Positions 14,167-26,458 of a stretch of DNA of 64,000 nt are shown here, piece by piece; within the stretch, counting starts at the first letter, position 1, and every line of letters starts with the position of its first letter. The notes beneath the pieces were generated by a model that was not told the DNA's origin, ran no database searches, and saw only the letters and a list, made by a program, of their open reading frames with translations. The stretch comes from Chiloscyllium plagiosum. Taxonomy: Eukaryota. The translations under genes and the position numbers were made by a program. The stretch is from contig NC_057718.1 in the NCBI RefSeq assembly GCF_004010195.1, forward strand, positions 4,227,775 through 4,291,774. The letters run 5' to 3'.

Positions 14167-15502
14167 CTTTTATTATCTCGTCTTTCTGTTGTAAGCAAAT
14201 TAGCCTTTCAGAATTAATACTTCTGCCTGACTCTGCTTGTCCAGGTTTTTCCTGCACCATTACATCAAACAGAGCATGCACTAACTGAACCTCAACTACT
14301 TCATCTTTCTCTTTAGTTTTTGCTTCTTACTGTGGCTTATGATAGTGGGATCTCGTTATTACACAGTCTAGGAAAATCCTAGGGTATTTTTCTTTAAATT
14401 CCTCAGTTCCCTGGTCTTCCTTTGGCTTCTCCACAACAAGGGATGTCACTCCCACCTTGAATCCTGCTAAATTGTTCCCAAGAACCAACTGTATTCCTGG
14501 AACTGACACTGTGTCAATCACTTCCACTGTTACTTCCCCACCCCAGCCTTGAGTTGGCTCTCCAGCCTGATCTTTCACAGGGGAATGCTAAATTTCTGCC
14601 CATCTATTCCACAAATTACCACACTCTCAGATAACATGTCAGAAAGGGGGCAACTACGTTCATCTCTTAAGATTAAAGACTGATTAGATCCGCTATCTCT
14701 CAAAATTGTAACTTCTTGCCCTATTCCCCTACTCTTCCTGAGTAAACTTTACACAGAGGTGAAGTCTTTTGAGAGATAGGGTAATAACTCAATATCCAGC
14801 CTCTGCCAAGGCTCCTGTAGCTCCTCTGCTCTTCTTCAGGTTTCCTTTACTATTTCCACTAATGCCACTGGCTTAGCCTCTTTTACCACATCTTTTCCCT
14901 CAGTGCCTTTCTTTAACCACCAGCACTGTGAATGTATGTGTCCCACTGTAGCACAGTCAAAACACCTGAAGCCTTTCACCTCCTTATCACCCTCTTGGGC
15001 TTCATTTCTCACCTGTGGTAAACTATTACCAGTGTGCTCTAATCTTGGTTTTGTAGTGCCGGATCTCCCCTTCTCCCAACTTCTATCCCTCACAGGATGA
15101 AATTCTTGCCAGAAGCTTGCCTTATGCAGCAATGCGTATTCATCTGCCATCTCTGCCACTCTTCTCACTACCTGAACTTTCTGTTCATCCAAATTAATTC
15201 TTATCATCTCTGGAAGTGAGTTTTTCAATTCCCCTGCAGAATAATCTTCCTTAGAGCCTCATAGGTCTTATCTATTTTTAAGACCTGCATCCATCTATCA
15301 AAATGACTATGTTTAATTCTTTCAAACTTAACAAAGGACTGACCTGGTACCTTCTTTATGTTTCTGAACCCCTATCTATACACCTCTGGTATTAAATCAT
15401 AAGCACTCAAAATACCCTGTTTGGCATCTGCATAATCTCTTGACCCCTCATCTGACAGCACTGCATATACGTCACTTAGCAAGCCAGCCAGCTTAGTCTG
15501 AA

Positions 15503-15817
15503 TTAGATTACATTACATTACAGTGTGGAAACAGGCCCTTCGGCCCAACAAGTCCACACCGACCCGCCGAAGCACAACCCACCCATACCCCTACATTTAC
15601 CCCTTACCTAACACTACGGGCAATTTAGTATGGCCAATTCACCTGACCTGCACATCTTTGGACTGTGGGAGGAAACCGGAGCACCCGGAGGAAACCCACG
15701 CAGACACGGGGAGAACGTGCAAACTCCACACAGTCAGTCGCCTGAGGCGGAAAATGAACCCGGGTCTCTGGCGCTGTGAGGCAGCAGTGCTAACCACTGT
15801 GCCACCGTGCCGCCCAC
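15503..15817 (-). mobile_element. HE1/V-SINE-like SINE, full length, inserted in gag
   Basis: Same family as 10534-10847. The site is empty in unit 2 (~26355). Confidence 0.9.
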
Positions 15818-15983
15818 GGTGAGCATTACACAAATCTTCTCTGACCACTCCATCTCCCCAGCCAATTTTTCAAATGAAATAAAGAAGGTTTTGATCACTT
15901 TCTCATCAAAATGCGGCAATATTTCAACATATTTGTATACATCACTACCTTCTCTCTTCATCTCCATCCTGTTAACTTGACTT

Positions 15984-16203
15984 TGGAGTAGAGTGGTGCT
16001 GAAAAACCACAGCAGTTCAGGCAGCATCCAAAGAGCAGGAAAATCCAACATTTCGGGCAAAAGCCCTTCATCAGGAATGAAGAGCTTTTGCCCGAACCGT
16101 CGAATTTTCCTGCTCCTCGGATGCTGCCTGAACTGCTGTGCTTTTCCAGCACCACTCTACTCCAGAAAATGGTTTCCAGCATCTGCAGTCATTGTTTTTA
16201 CCT
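15984..16203. mobile_element. Palindromic Penelope-derived pLTR element with hammerhead-ribozyme-like core and ~15-bp TSD
   Basis: Inverted repeat 15984-16164, flanked by TGTTAACTTGACTTT on both sides. The - strand reads CTGATGA-A-GGGC-TTTT-GCCC-GAAA at ~16052-16074. Confidence 0.7.
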
Positions 16204-18568
16204 TGTTAACTTGACTTTCCTGGCAAATTCACAACTTCTGAAGTTCAAATTCTCTCTCTTTTTCATTTTCTCCTTCTCTCTCTCTCTCTTTGCTCAGCTA
16301 AGAACCTTCTCTCTCTTTTTTCCTCACTTTTTATCTTTCTCTTCTCTTTCTTTTTCCTCACTTTTTATCTTTTTCCTCTCTCCCTTTCTTTTTCTTCTCT
16401 GTCTCTTTCTCTCTTTCTTTCTTCTCTTATGGTTCTTCTTTCCCTTTCTTTATCTTCTAACTCCGTTTCCCTCAATTTCAATTTAAGTTTTTCTAACTTT
16501 ACTGCACTTGTCTGTTCCACTGATACAGCTAAGTGCTTGACTAACTCCAGTACAATTTCAGCTCTCCTTTTGTCCCTGGTTAAACCCAATTCTAATTGCT
16601 ACTTCTAAAAGTATGCCCTTCCCTTGATTTCCTAAACTTTCTTGGCAAATTTAGCAAGCATCTTCAAACCCCAGAACTTCTTTAGTAATATTAAGAGCCA
16701 TTTCTCCCATTTTTAATTTACCCAACCACAAGTAACCGAAAATAAACAAATTATCTCACCGAAGATTTGTTTAAAGATCTTGGACACTAATCAGCAAGCG
16801 TTTAAATCTGCTCAGATCTTTGGTAAACCAAATCAGTTCAAATCGTCCAAACTTCAGACTGGATCTGTCTAAACCTGTTCAAATCTTACAGCCAAGCCCC
16901 AAACTGTTACGACACAGCAGCAAACCCCTCTGTTAATTAAAACAAACATCTAGAAAAGCTCAACTTGTCGCTTAATCTGTTAAATATGAGTTAGAGAATT
17001 CCAAATTCCAGTATTTAACGAAAATAATATCAATTTATTCTTTATCTCTAAAAGTGGACATTAAACAACAACTATTAACAACTCTATCCCCCTTCTCTTA
17101 ATAGCGTATTACCTGCCTCCAACTCTATAACAACATACTATTCCAATAAGACATACGTTAAAATTACATCAACTTAATTTCAAAACCACACAGCTCCTGT
17201 TGTTTTCAGTATCTGTTCTCTTCCAGCTGGGTTGTTTTCTTTCTTTTTCCTGTGAATATGTTTCCTCTGAAAAGAAACCTTCAATACAGAGTGTCTCCTA
17301 ATTTCTTGGATCTGTGTTGATGGCAGTTGCTATTCCAATTTTCATAATGCCTGCCTTTTTTAAATCCCCAACGTTGTATTGTCTCATTGGTCTGAGGTTG
17401 GCAAAACAATAAATTCAATCGCAATTAAGTTTTAGTATCCCGGGGCATAATTTAAACTGATTTGTTCAATTCGGATTGTTGTCAAAAGAGCAATCAACTC
17501 AGGTATCCATTTCACAGCCAAATTTTACATATTTTCAACATCCATAGAGACTGCTATCTAGTCATATGACGGGTCCTTGTCAGCTCTCAGTACAGAACAG
17601 CATTCACTCTCTCTTAAAGGTACAGTACACGCTTTCAACTTCGTAACAAGACTAACAAAATTGCTCTCAAAGTGTTTCACAAAAATAGACATTGGGCAAA
17701 ATCCAACAGAGGCATCAAGTCAAACATGAGGAGAAATGACAGACATGTTGGTCAAAATGTTGGGTTTAGAAAGATTTGGAAATTGGAGGGAAATCTGATT
17801 AGGGGAACAGGTTCTGGAGAAGAGCCTCAGGCAGCTGAAGACTTGAGTACCAGTGGAGACTTCGGAGTGGGAAAGAAAAGAGCTTTGGAGCAGCAAGGAA
17901 CTGTGAGGTTTTAGATCTGGATGAGGTTGGAGAGATTGGGTAGGACAAAGCTCTGGGGAAATCACAATCTGAGGATGGAAGATCAATTCAGTGAATTGGG
18001 AGCCAGCAAGAGACTCCAGAAATGGATGAGCAGGATCCAAGCTCAAGGCTGTGAGCTGGGAGCTGAACTGGATGGATTTGAAAAGATTGTTTTGGAAGCA
18101 GTAGGATTGGAGATTAGATGAAGAGTTATCTGCAGCAGCAGTGGAGATGCAAATGAATCTGGGGAGTTGTTTGAGGAGGATTTTGATAATAGTGGGTTTG
18201 AAGAAACCTCTAGTTCTGTGAGCTGCATTATAAAGGATGAAGGAAGCTCAGGGAGATTGTGGAAAAGAAATAAACAGGGACTGAGTCATTAGGAAATAGG
18301 AAGGTAATGTGGGGAGAAGACTGGGAGGATTCTGCAGTAACTGGGGATCAGGGAGGGAGAAGCAACAAGTTTGTGAATGAGGAGGAAGCTGAACATTGCA
18401 TCTTAATCTTCAAATTAAAGTAATCCTTGAGTCTTCCAGATCAGGCTGCTTGATAATACGTCGAGATATTACCAAAGGTAACTTGAACTGACGTGTTTTC
18501 ATTAAATGTTTGAGATATTTAACAGGCTTAAGACTAATTTTAATTTATTCACACATTTTCTCTTAAAG

Positions 18569-18913
18569 GTGCAAATGACCCAATCCTTCTCCAGTCTCCG
18601 AGTGTGAAATGTGTCACCAAGGGTCACACTGCCCGGTTACAGTGCACCATGAAGAATGCCACAGTGAAAGACACAGAAGTTCACTGGTATCTGAAACAAC
18701 CAGGGAATAACAAGAAGTTGGTTTTAAAACATGACACGAGGAACAACACACAACAGAGCTCAGGATTCACTAAGCGATTCCAGTCTTCCAGACACACCTA
18801 CAGTAACAGCTTCATTCTAACCATCACAAACATGCAGCCCAGTGACAGTGGTCTCTATTTCTGTGAAATTTGGAGAGATATCAGAGGGAATGGAACCCAG
18901 CTGACTGTAACAG
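18569..18913 (+). CDS. Exon 2: Ig V-set domain 1 with germline-joined J-like G strand
   Basis: Bounded by ttttctcttaaag| and |gtaact; 345 nt, phase 1-1, open. Motifs LLQSP, ARLQC, VHWYLKQPG, RF..SR, FILTITNMQPSDSGLYFC, RGNGTQLTVT. Confidence 0.95.
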
Positions 18914-20276
18914 GTAACTCCTGTTTACATGATACTAACTGATCTCTGATTGTGTGGTTGATGGACAGGCTGGGATTAGGGATCACAGTACATTATTTAT
19001 GTTACAATTTTACCAAATGGCTCCATTTTTTTTCAATGCCGAGAATTTTTTTTACTCAAACTTCACATTGTTTACAATAGATAAAATCAGCAATTGTAAA
19101 TTTCACGGTGAAGACAGTTCTTATCGGCTAATTGTTGTTGGAATGTTTCAATTTATCACTTGGTAAATGAAAATCTCTAGACCCCAATGATCCCTCCTGA
19201 TTTGCTGGGGGTGGTTGTGGTGAGTCTGTTTGTCTGGGGGACACTCCTCAGTAAGGTGCACGATATTCTGCGTTTCTCCACTCATGAAGGACAGTGGGCT
19301 TTGGGCTGCAGCCCCCTGAGGGAGGGAGCTAGCTGCTTCAGGGACTCTAACTGGTTCAGCAAGGCCCACTCTCAGTGTGGGAACTCCAAGGCAGCCATTT
19401 GACAGATGGCCTTTGACACAAGGGGAGAATGTGTCAGTGATATCTCATTGTCCTCATCTCCTTAATCTGAAGCATGTCTTCTTGGTGGACCTTGCTCAAG
19501 AATGTTGTGCCGTATGGAGCACTCTGATGGAGAGGGAATACCAAGTGGATCATTGTGGAGTCCAGAAAGGAGAGGCAGCACACATCAATTCATCCAACTT
19601 GTGGGCTTTCATCAGTCACCAGAGGTATCAGGGAGGGGGAGAGAAGTTTGTGAGGACAAGAAGCTGGGGGAGATCTGTTGACAAAAAGGTTCCAGTAACG
19701 AAGCACATTGTTACCCTCAATGCACTGTCAGCAAGACATGGGAGATGATACAGAGGATCAGACAGATACCCAGTAGCCTGTTGTGTGGAGGCTCACATCC
19801 TCCATCAGTGCTGTGCTTCCACTCACTCTCATTTTAATTCTCACTCCCACTCTGACCTCAACCTCAAACACTGTTTCAATGAAACTCAAAATCAGCTCCA
19901 GGGAAACCATTTCATCATTTGACCCGGGATCTTACAATGCTGCAAACTCAAACTTGACCAGGACTAAGTCCATCTGTCCTCTAACCTCAGATGGAATCAT
20001 TGATAGCCTTATCTCTGGAAATCCTGATGAAATCCTTGGCTCTGTTGCCTCTTCATTCTGAACAGCAGATGCTTATCATGATGAAATGTCACCCTCTTTT
20101 TATTTCAAAATGTCCAGTCACCAGACTGATTACCTTGATCTTGCTCTGTACTTTATGGCCCTTCAGTGTCTTCAGTGGATATTCTGTAGGACTTCGCTTT
20201 ACAGTGACATTAGCACAACCATTCTATCATTTCAAATCAACATGTTTCACTACTGGTCAAATGCTGTTTCTGTTTT

Positions 20277-21426
20277 GCATCAGTATTTACTGTGGAAAAG
20301 GATATGAAGATATAGACCGTAGGGAAATAGATGGTGACATCTTCCAAAATGTCCAGATTTTACATAGGAGGAAGTGCTGGATGTCTTGAAAGGGTTAAAG
20401 GTGGATAAATCCCCAGGACCTGATCAGGTGTACCCAAGAACTCTGTGGGAAGCTAGAGAAGTGATTGCTGGGCCTCTTGCTGAGATATTTGTATCATCGA
20501 TAGTCACAGGTGAGATGCCAGAAGACTGGAGGTTGGCAAACGTGGTGCCACTGTTTAAGAAGGGTGGTAAAGACAAGTCAGTGAACCATAGACCAGTGAG
20601 CCTGACCTCGGTGGTGGGCAAGTTGTTGGAGGGAATCCTGAGGGACAGGATGTACATGTATTTGGAAAGGCAAGGACTGACTCGCAATAGTCAACATGGC
20701 TTTGTGCGTAGGAAATCATATCTTACAAACTTGATTGAGTTCTTTGAAGAAGTAACAAAGAAGATTGATGAGGGCAGAGCAGTAGATGTGATCTATATGG
20801 ACTTCAGTAAGGCGGTCAACAAGGTTCCCCATGGGAGACTGATTAGCAAAGTTAGATCTCATGGAATATAGGGAAAACTAGCCACTTGGATACAGAACTG
20901 GCTCAAAGGTAGAAGATAGAGGGTGGTGGTGGAGGGCTGTTCTTCAGACTGGAGGCCTGTGATCAGTGGAGTGCCACAAGGATCGGTGCTGGGCCCTCTA
21001 CTTTTTGTCATTTACATAAATGAGTTGGATGCGAGCATAAGAGGTACAGTTAGTGAGTTTGCAATATCACCAAAATTGGAGGTGTAGTGGACAGCGAAAG
21101 GGGTTACCTCAGATTACAACAGGAACTGGACCAGATTGGCCAATGGGCTGAGAAGTGGCAGATGGAGTTTAATTCAGATAAATGCGAGGTGCTGCATTTT
21201 GGGAAAAGATTTACAAGGATGTTGCCAGAGTTGGAGGATCTGAGCTACAGGGAAAGGCTGAACAGGCTGGGGTTGTTTTCCCTTGAGGGTCGGAGGCTGA
21301 GGGGTGACCTTATAGAGGTTTACAAAATTATGAGGGGCATGGATAGGATAAATAGACAAAGTCTTTTCCCTGGGGTTGGGGAGTCCAGAACTAAAGGGGA
21401 TAGGTTTAGGGTAAGAGGGGAAAGTT
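20277..21426 (+). mobile_element. CR1 LINE ORF2 (RT) fragment at the duplication junction, with an internal deletion
   Basis: ORFs 20374-20871 (KSPGPD..RPVSLTSVVGK..YMDFSKA) and 21087-21428. About 250 bp is missing at ~21205 relative to the copy at 39290-39620. Confidence 0.9.
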
Positions 21427-24400
21427 GATGAGTTGATGATCATTAAGCTGTAAATTCCTCTGATACCCCTATGGCAGGCAAGAAGAGTGGGAAATGTTAA
21501 CTCGCTTTCTCTAAAAACAGATGCTGCCAGACCTGTAGAGTTTCTCCAGCACCTTGTGCTTTCATTTCACATCTCTCCTCAGACCCAAGCTGCTATAAGA
21601 GGATCTCAGTATCACTGGATTCCAATGTTTCTCTCCCCAGATCACCTCCTTTCCAGTTTATTTCCTCTAAAACAAAGTGCCATGCCAGTTCCTCAAGTGT
21701 CTGCACCTTCTCAGCTCTGTCAGGTAAAGGTACCTTTGGTTCATTCACCAATTCAATTAACCTGCGTTTGGAAAACTCCTTGAAGGCTATCAATGAAAAC
21801 ACTGTAATGTGTAGGAAATCTTTTGCCAGTTCTAGAACCAAGGCTTCAATGCAGAAGCAAACCTTACGCCTTCCTTCACTTGCTTTGTTCACTAATAACA
21901 CACCCAAATCCTCATTGCTTCTCTTTTAAATCATTCCTGGCCAAGCCCCCTAACCTTATTCCTCTTCCCTGGTATTGCTCTAGAAATCATGACCCACCCA
22001 GGAGGCATCACAAACGGTCACGATTTTAAGAAGCACGCAAATCCCACTTTTATCTCTATTTTGGAACCAAAATCACAGAGAGCACTGACCAGTGGCCAGA
22101 ACATCACAAGAATCACTACTCATTGCAGATGAATGGACTACACCAACTCATGAACACTTACAAATCTTCAACATATCGCTCTACTGTTTAAAATTCTAAC
22201 TCTGTTATAAACTCCTCTTGCATATATCGCTAGACAGGCAAAGACAGAATAAACATGGATGTGATGGATAGAGGGGAAGACTGGGAAAGCAGTTGACTGA
22301 TCCCATTTCCCAGAGTTCTCTGAGATAGTCCTTGTGGCTGGTGGCCACATGCTTTTCCTTGATGCTCCCTGTCTAATGCCTTTCACTGGTTTGAAGCAGA
22401 TTCAGGGAGTCTGGCTCACACTCTGGATCCACTCACTGTGGGATCAGTGTGATGATCTCCGCTTGAGAGTCACCATAAAAACTCAATGATTTCTCTTCAG
22501 TTCACTGAAGAACATGTGTCATTAATCTAAGCTTATGTTAATTTCTGCGTGCAGACATATAACATCAGAATCTGTCCAATTTTATCCATATTTTCCATTA
22601 AATCTGTGATAGCGCATCTGCATTTTGATGACCCCCCCCCCCCCCAACATATACAATATGTGAATAAAAAGTACGTAACATAAGATTCCGATGAAATAGT
22701 CCCTTTTTTCTTTAAATCATTCCAAACATGTAAGAGGATTGTGATCCATGTACATAACTGTCTCCGACACATTGTTCTTCAAAGAAACATTAAAATATTG
22801 TCAGGCCAGTACCAAGCTCAATAATTCTCTTTCAGTGGTGGAGTATTTTCTCAGGTGAGTGTTGAGTTTCTTTGAAAACAATTCAACTGGCCATTCAAAT
22901 CAATCATCATCTTCCTTTAGCAGCACAGATTCAACTCCTATATCGAGGGCATCAATTGTAACTTTGAAGGGTTTCAAAAAAATTGGTGTAGCTTCAATTT
23001 GTGCAGTGTTAACACTGCTTTTAAATTGTCAAATGTCTCCTGGCATTGTTCCCGCCACCGAAATTTTGTGTTCTTCATTCGTAAATCTGTTAGCTGTGCC
23101 ACCATGCTGCTGAAGGTTGGAACAAACACCTAGTAGAATCCGCTTTGTCCCAAAAATCAAAGCACCTCTTTCTTTGAGGATGACCGTGGAAATTCCTTGA
23201 TGGCTTTCACCTTCACATTCCTTGGAGTCAGCCTTCCATGTCCCATGTTATGTCCCAAGAACGTCACCTCTGATTTGAGAAGTCTGTTTGCTTTAACTTT
23301 ACTACCAGATTTCCTGCTCATAGTTGTTGAAAGAGCTCTGCCAACTGTACCACGTCATCTTTCCATGACTCACGAAAGATCACTACACCATCCAGATAAA
23401 CTGCACAGTTTTCTTTCATCCAGCCATAACTCTGTTCATGAGTCTTTGGAATGTGACTGGTGTGCTCTTAATTCCAAAAGGCATCACTTTGAATTGAAAT
23501 AGCCCATTTGGGGTGACAAACATGGAAACTTCTTTTGCTCTCTCTGATAAAGGTACCTGCCAATAACCACGTAATAAGTCAAACATTGTGATGTAACTGG
23601 CTTGTCCAATGTTCTCTATACAGTCCTTCAATCATGGCATTGGATATGAGTCTGATTTTGTTACGGCATTAACTTTCCGTTAGGACACACAAAATCATTA
23701 AGTCCTGTCAGGTTTCGGAACTAACATGATCGGCTAACTTCTACCTTTCTGACCCAGGTTCGATGATATCTTCGTTGAGCATCACATTCACTTCCTTCTA
23801 GACCTGTGTGTTTTTGAAAGGATTAATTCTGTAGGAGTGTTGTTTTATTGGACCAGCATTCCCAACTTCCACCTCATGTACATCAGTATTAGTCCTCCCT
23901 ATCTAATTCTTGCATATGTCATCATATTGCTGCAATAAACCTTTCAACCAAGCTCTTTGCTCATGAGACAGACAGTTCACTAATCTATCCCACTCCTCAA
24001 AGACTTGCTCATTATTTAAGGCACATCAAACTTCATGATATCTGGATTTGATTCCTTACTCTGCAGGGTTGTAACTAACACCTGTTTTTCCAGCTCCGTG
24101 TCTATCATAATAAGGTTTCAATATATTCACATCACATACTTGATACGTTTTCTTTCTGTCTGGCATCTTTACCAGATACTTTACCTGACTTAATATGTTT
24201 TCTCAATTTGATATTTTCTCAATTTGATTTTTTCTCCTACTAGTAACAATCTTAATATGTTGTCCCCATGGGAAAATGTCCAAATTTTAGATGTCTTATT
24301 TGCCATCTGCTTCATTCTATGCTATGACCTCTTCTGCTGCTGTTTAGCTAATGCACCTACTCAATTTAATCTCTCCCTCAACTCAGATACATAATGCAAG

Positions 24401-26458
24401 CGTGAGATCTCTAACTATGGTCCTGTTAATTTTTCTTTAATTAATTTCAAAGTCCCTCTCACTTCATGTCCAAAATTAACTCAAAGAGAGTAAACTGACT
24501 TAATTCATTTGGGGCAGCTCAACTGGCAAACTGGGATACTTTACCCCAATCATTTGGGTAATCCTGACAGTACGCTCTTAACATGGTCTTCAGGGTCTGA
24601 TGCCACCTTTCCAAAGCTCCCTGGGATTCAGGATGGTACAACTTGATTAAAAGTGCTGTATGGTCAGCTAAGCACTCCAAATTGAATTGCCTCCGGAAAT
24701 CTGGTCGACACATCCATTACGGTTAGCAAGCACTGGTTCCCACTTTTAGTTTTCCGGAGGGGACCTACACAATCAATTATAACACAGGAATTGTCGACAA
24801 ATGTGGTGGTTTTATTACTGCCTCTGGCTTACCTACTATTTGGCACATATAACACATACGGCAGAACGTAACCACATCCTTGTGCAGTCCAGGCCAATAG
24901 AAATGCTTTTGTATCTTACCCTTGTCTTCTTCACACCTAGGTGACCTCCTTCTGGTAATTTATGCGCAACTCGCAACATTTCCTGACTGTACGCTACCTG
25001 CAATACAACCTGGTGCACTTCCACCCAATTCTCCTCTGCACTAACCTGTCGTGGTCTCAATTTTCATCTCAGGATAATACTGTCAGGAATATAATCTGAT
25101 TCCTTTACTAAGTATGCATCTATTGTCTAGTCTTTCTGTTGTTATTCCATTAACCTTTCAGGACTAAACACTTCTGCCTGACCCTCTACCTATTCAGCTT
25201 TTTCCAGCACCATTACATCAAACAGGATGTGCACTGACTGAACCTCAACTGCTTCATCTTTCTCTTTAGTTTTTGCTTCTTACTATGGCTTATGATAGTG
25301 GGACCTTGTTACTGCACAGTCTCGAAAAATTCCAGGGTATTTTTCTCTTAGCTCCTCAGTTCCCTGGTCTTCCCTTGGTTTCGCCACAATAAAGGGTGTC
25401 ACTCCTATCTTGGATCCTGCTAAATCATTCCCCAAAACAAACGGTATTCCTGGAAATGACACTTTCAATTACTCCCATTGTAACTTCCCCAGTCTTGAGT
25501 GGGCTCTCCAAACTGATCTTACACAGGGGAACGCTAAATTTCTGTCCATCTATCTGACAAATTACCATTCTTCTTTCAGTTAACATGTCAAAAAGAGTGC
25601 AAATACATTCATCTCCTCTGATTAGAGAATGTTTAGAGACTGATTAGATCTCATATCTCTCAACATTATAACTTCTTTCACTTCTCCCCCTGTTCTTCCT
25701 GAGTAAACTTTACCCACAGGGATGAAGTCTTCATAGAGATCGGGTACTAACTCAAAAATCAACCCCTGCATAGGCTGTACACACTCCAGCAGCTCCTCGA
25801 ATTTCTTGGAATTTGTTTACTATTTCCATGAAAACCACTGGCTTAGCCTCTTTTACCACATCTTTTCCCACAGTGCCTTTCTTTAACGACAAGCACTATG
25901 ACTTTATGTGATTGTGACACTTTACCGAGTTGAAACACCTGAAGCTCTTCATCTCCTTTTCGCCTTCTTGGGCTTCAATTCTCACCTGTGGTAAACTATT
26001 ACTAATGTGCTCTACTCTGTTTAGTAGTGTTGGATCTCCTCTCCTCCCAACTTCTATCCCTCACAGGATGAAATTCTTACTGGAAGTTTGCCTTACACCA
26101 ATGCATATTCATCTGCCATCTCTGCCGTCTTCTCACTACCTGAACTTTCTGTTCATCCAAATGTTTAATTCTTTTGAACTTAACAAAAGTCTGACTTGGT
26201 TCCTTCTTTATGTTTCTGAACCCCGATCTATACACCTCTGGTAACAATTCATAAGCACTCAAAATAGCCTGTTTGGCATCTGCATAATCTCTTGACCCCT
26301 CATCTGACAGCGCTGCATATATCTCACTAGCTCTGCTGACCAGCTTAGTCTGAACTAGCATTACCCAAAGGTTCTCTGACCACTCCATCTCCCCAGCCAA
26401 TTTTTCAAATGAAATAAAGAAGGCTTCAGTATCTTTCTCATCAAAATGTGGCAATATT

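Larger units (their letters stand above)
11220..17648 (-). mobile_element. Gmr1-like Gypsy LTR retrotransposon (5' LTR 16905-17648, gag, PR, INT, RT, RH), decayed, no 3' LTR seen
   Basis: - strand order: gag with CCHC knuckle (16700-14836), protease region (~14700-14330), integrase (ECVGPL..YLLTIMDVSTRF..DQGSN, 13498-12952), RT (12651-12099), RNase H (DASD, 11949-11283). LTR is TG..CA with an adjacent TTGGGGCTTG PBS. Confidence 0.88.
9794..20276 (+). repeat. Intragenic tandem duplication, unit 1 (Gmr1-like element + V1 exon + flanks)
   Basis: gttgatgatcattaagctgtaaat at ~9794 matches ~21432. Colinear to atgctgtttctgttt at ~20261 vs ~32943. Confidence 0.9.

Noticed and set aside
4287-15822. 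Recurrent MWKQALRPNKSTPT ORFs and tRNA-like boxes
   Set aside because: These are antisense translations and heads of SINE copies, not proteins or tRNA genes.
18660-18666. Perfect CACAGTG heptamer inside V1
   Set aside because: It lies mid-exon, has no nonamer at 12 or 23 bp, and is not conserved in V2.
18985-19015. CACAGTA...ACAATTTT downstream of V1 as a possible RSS
   Set aside because: It lies in the intron after the J-like strand and splice donor, has a poor nonamer and spacing, and is not conserved after V2.
19377-20389. ORFs conserved between the two units (also 32111-32974, 9849/21487)
   Set aside because: The conservation is explained by the duplication. They have no recognisable domain or splice context and are probably old repeat sequence.
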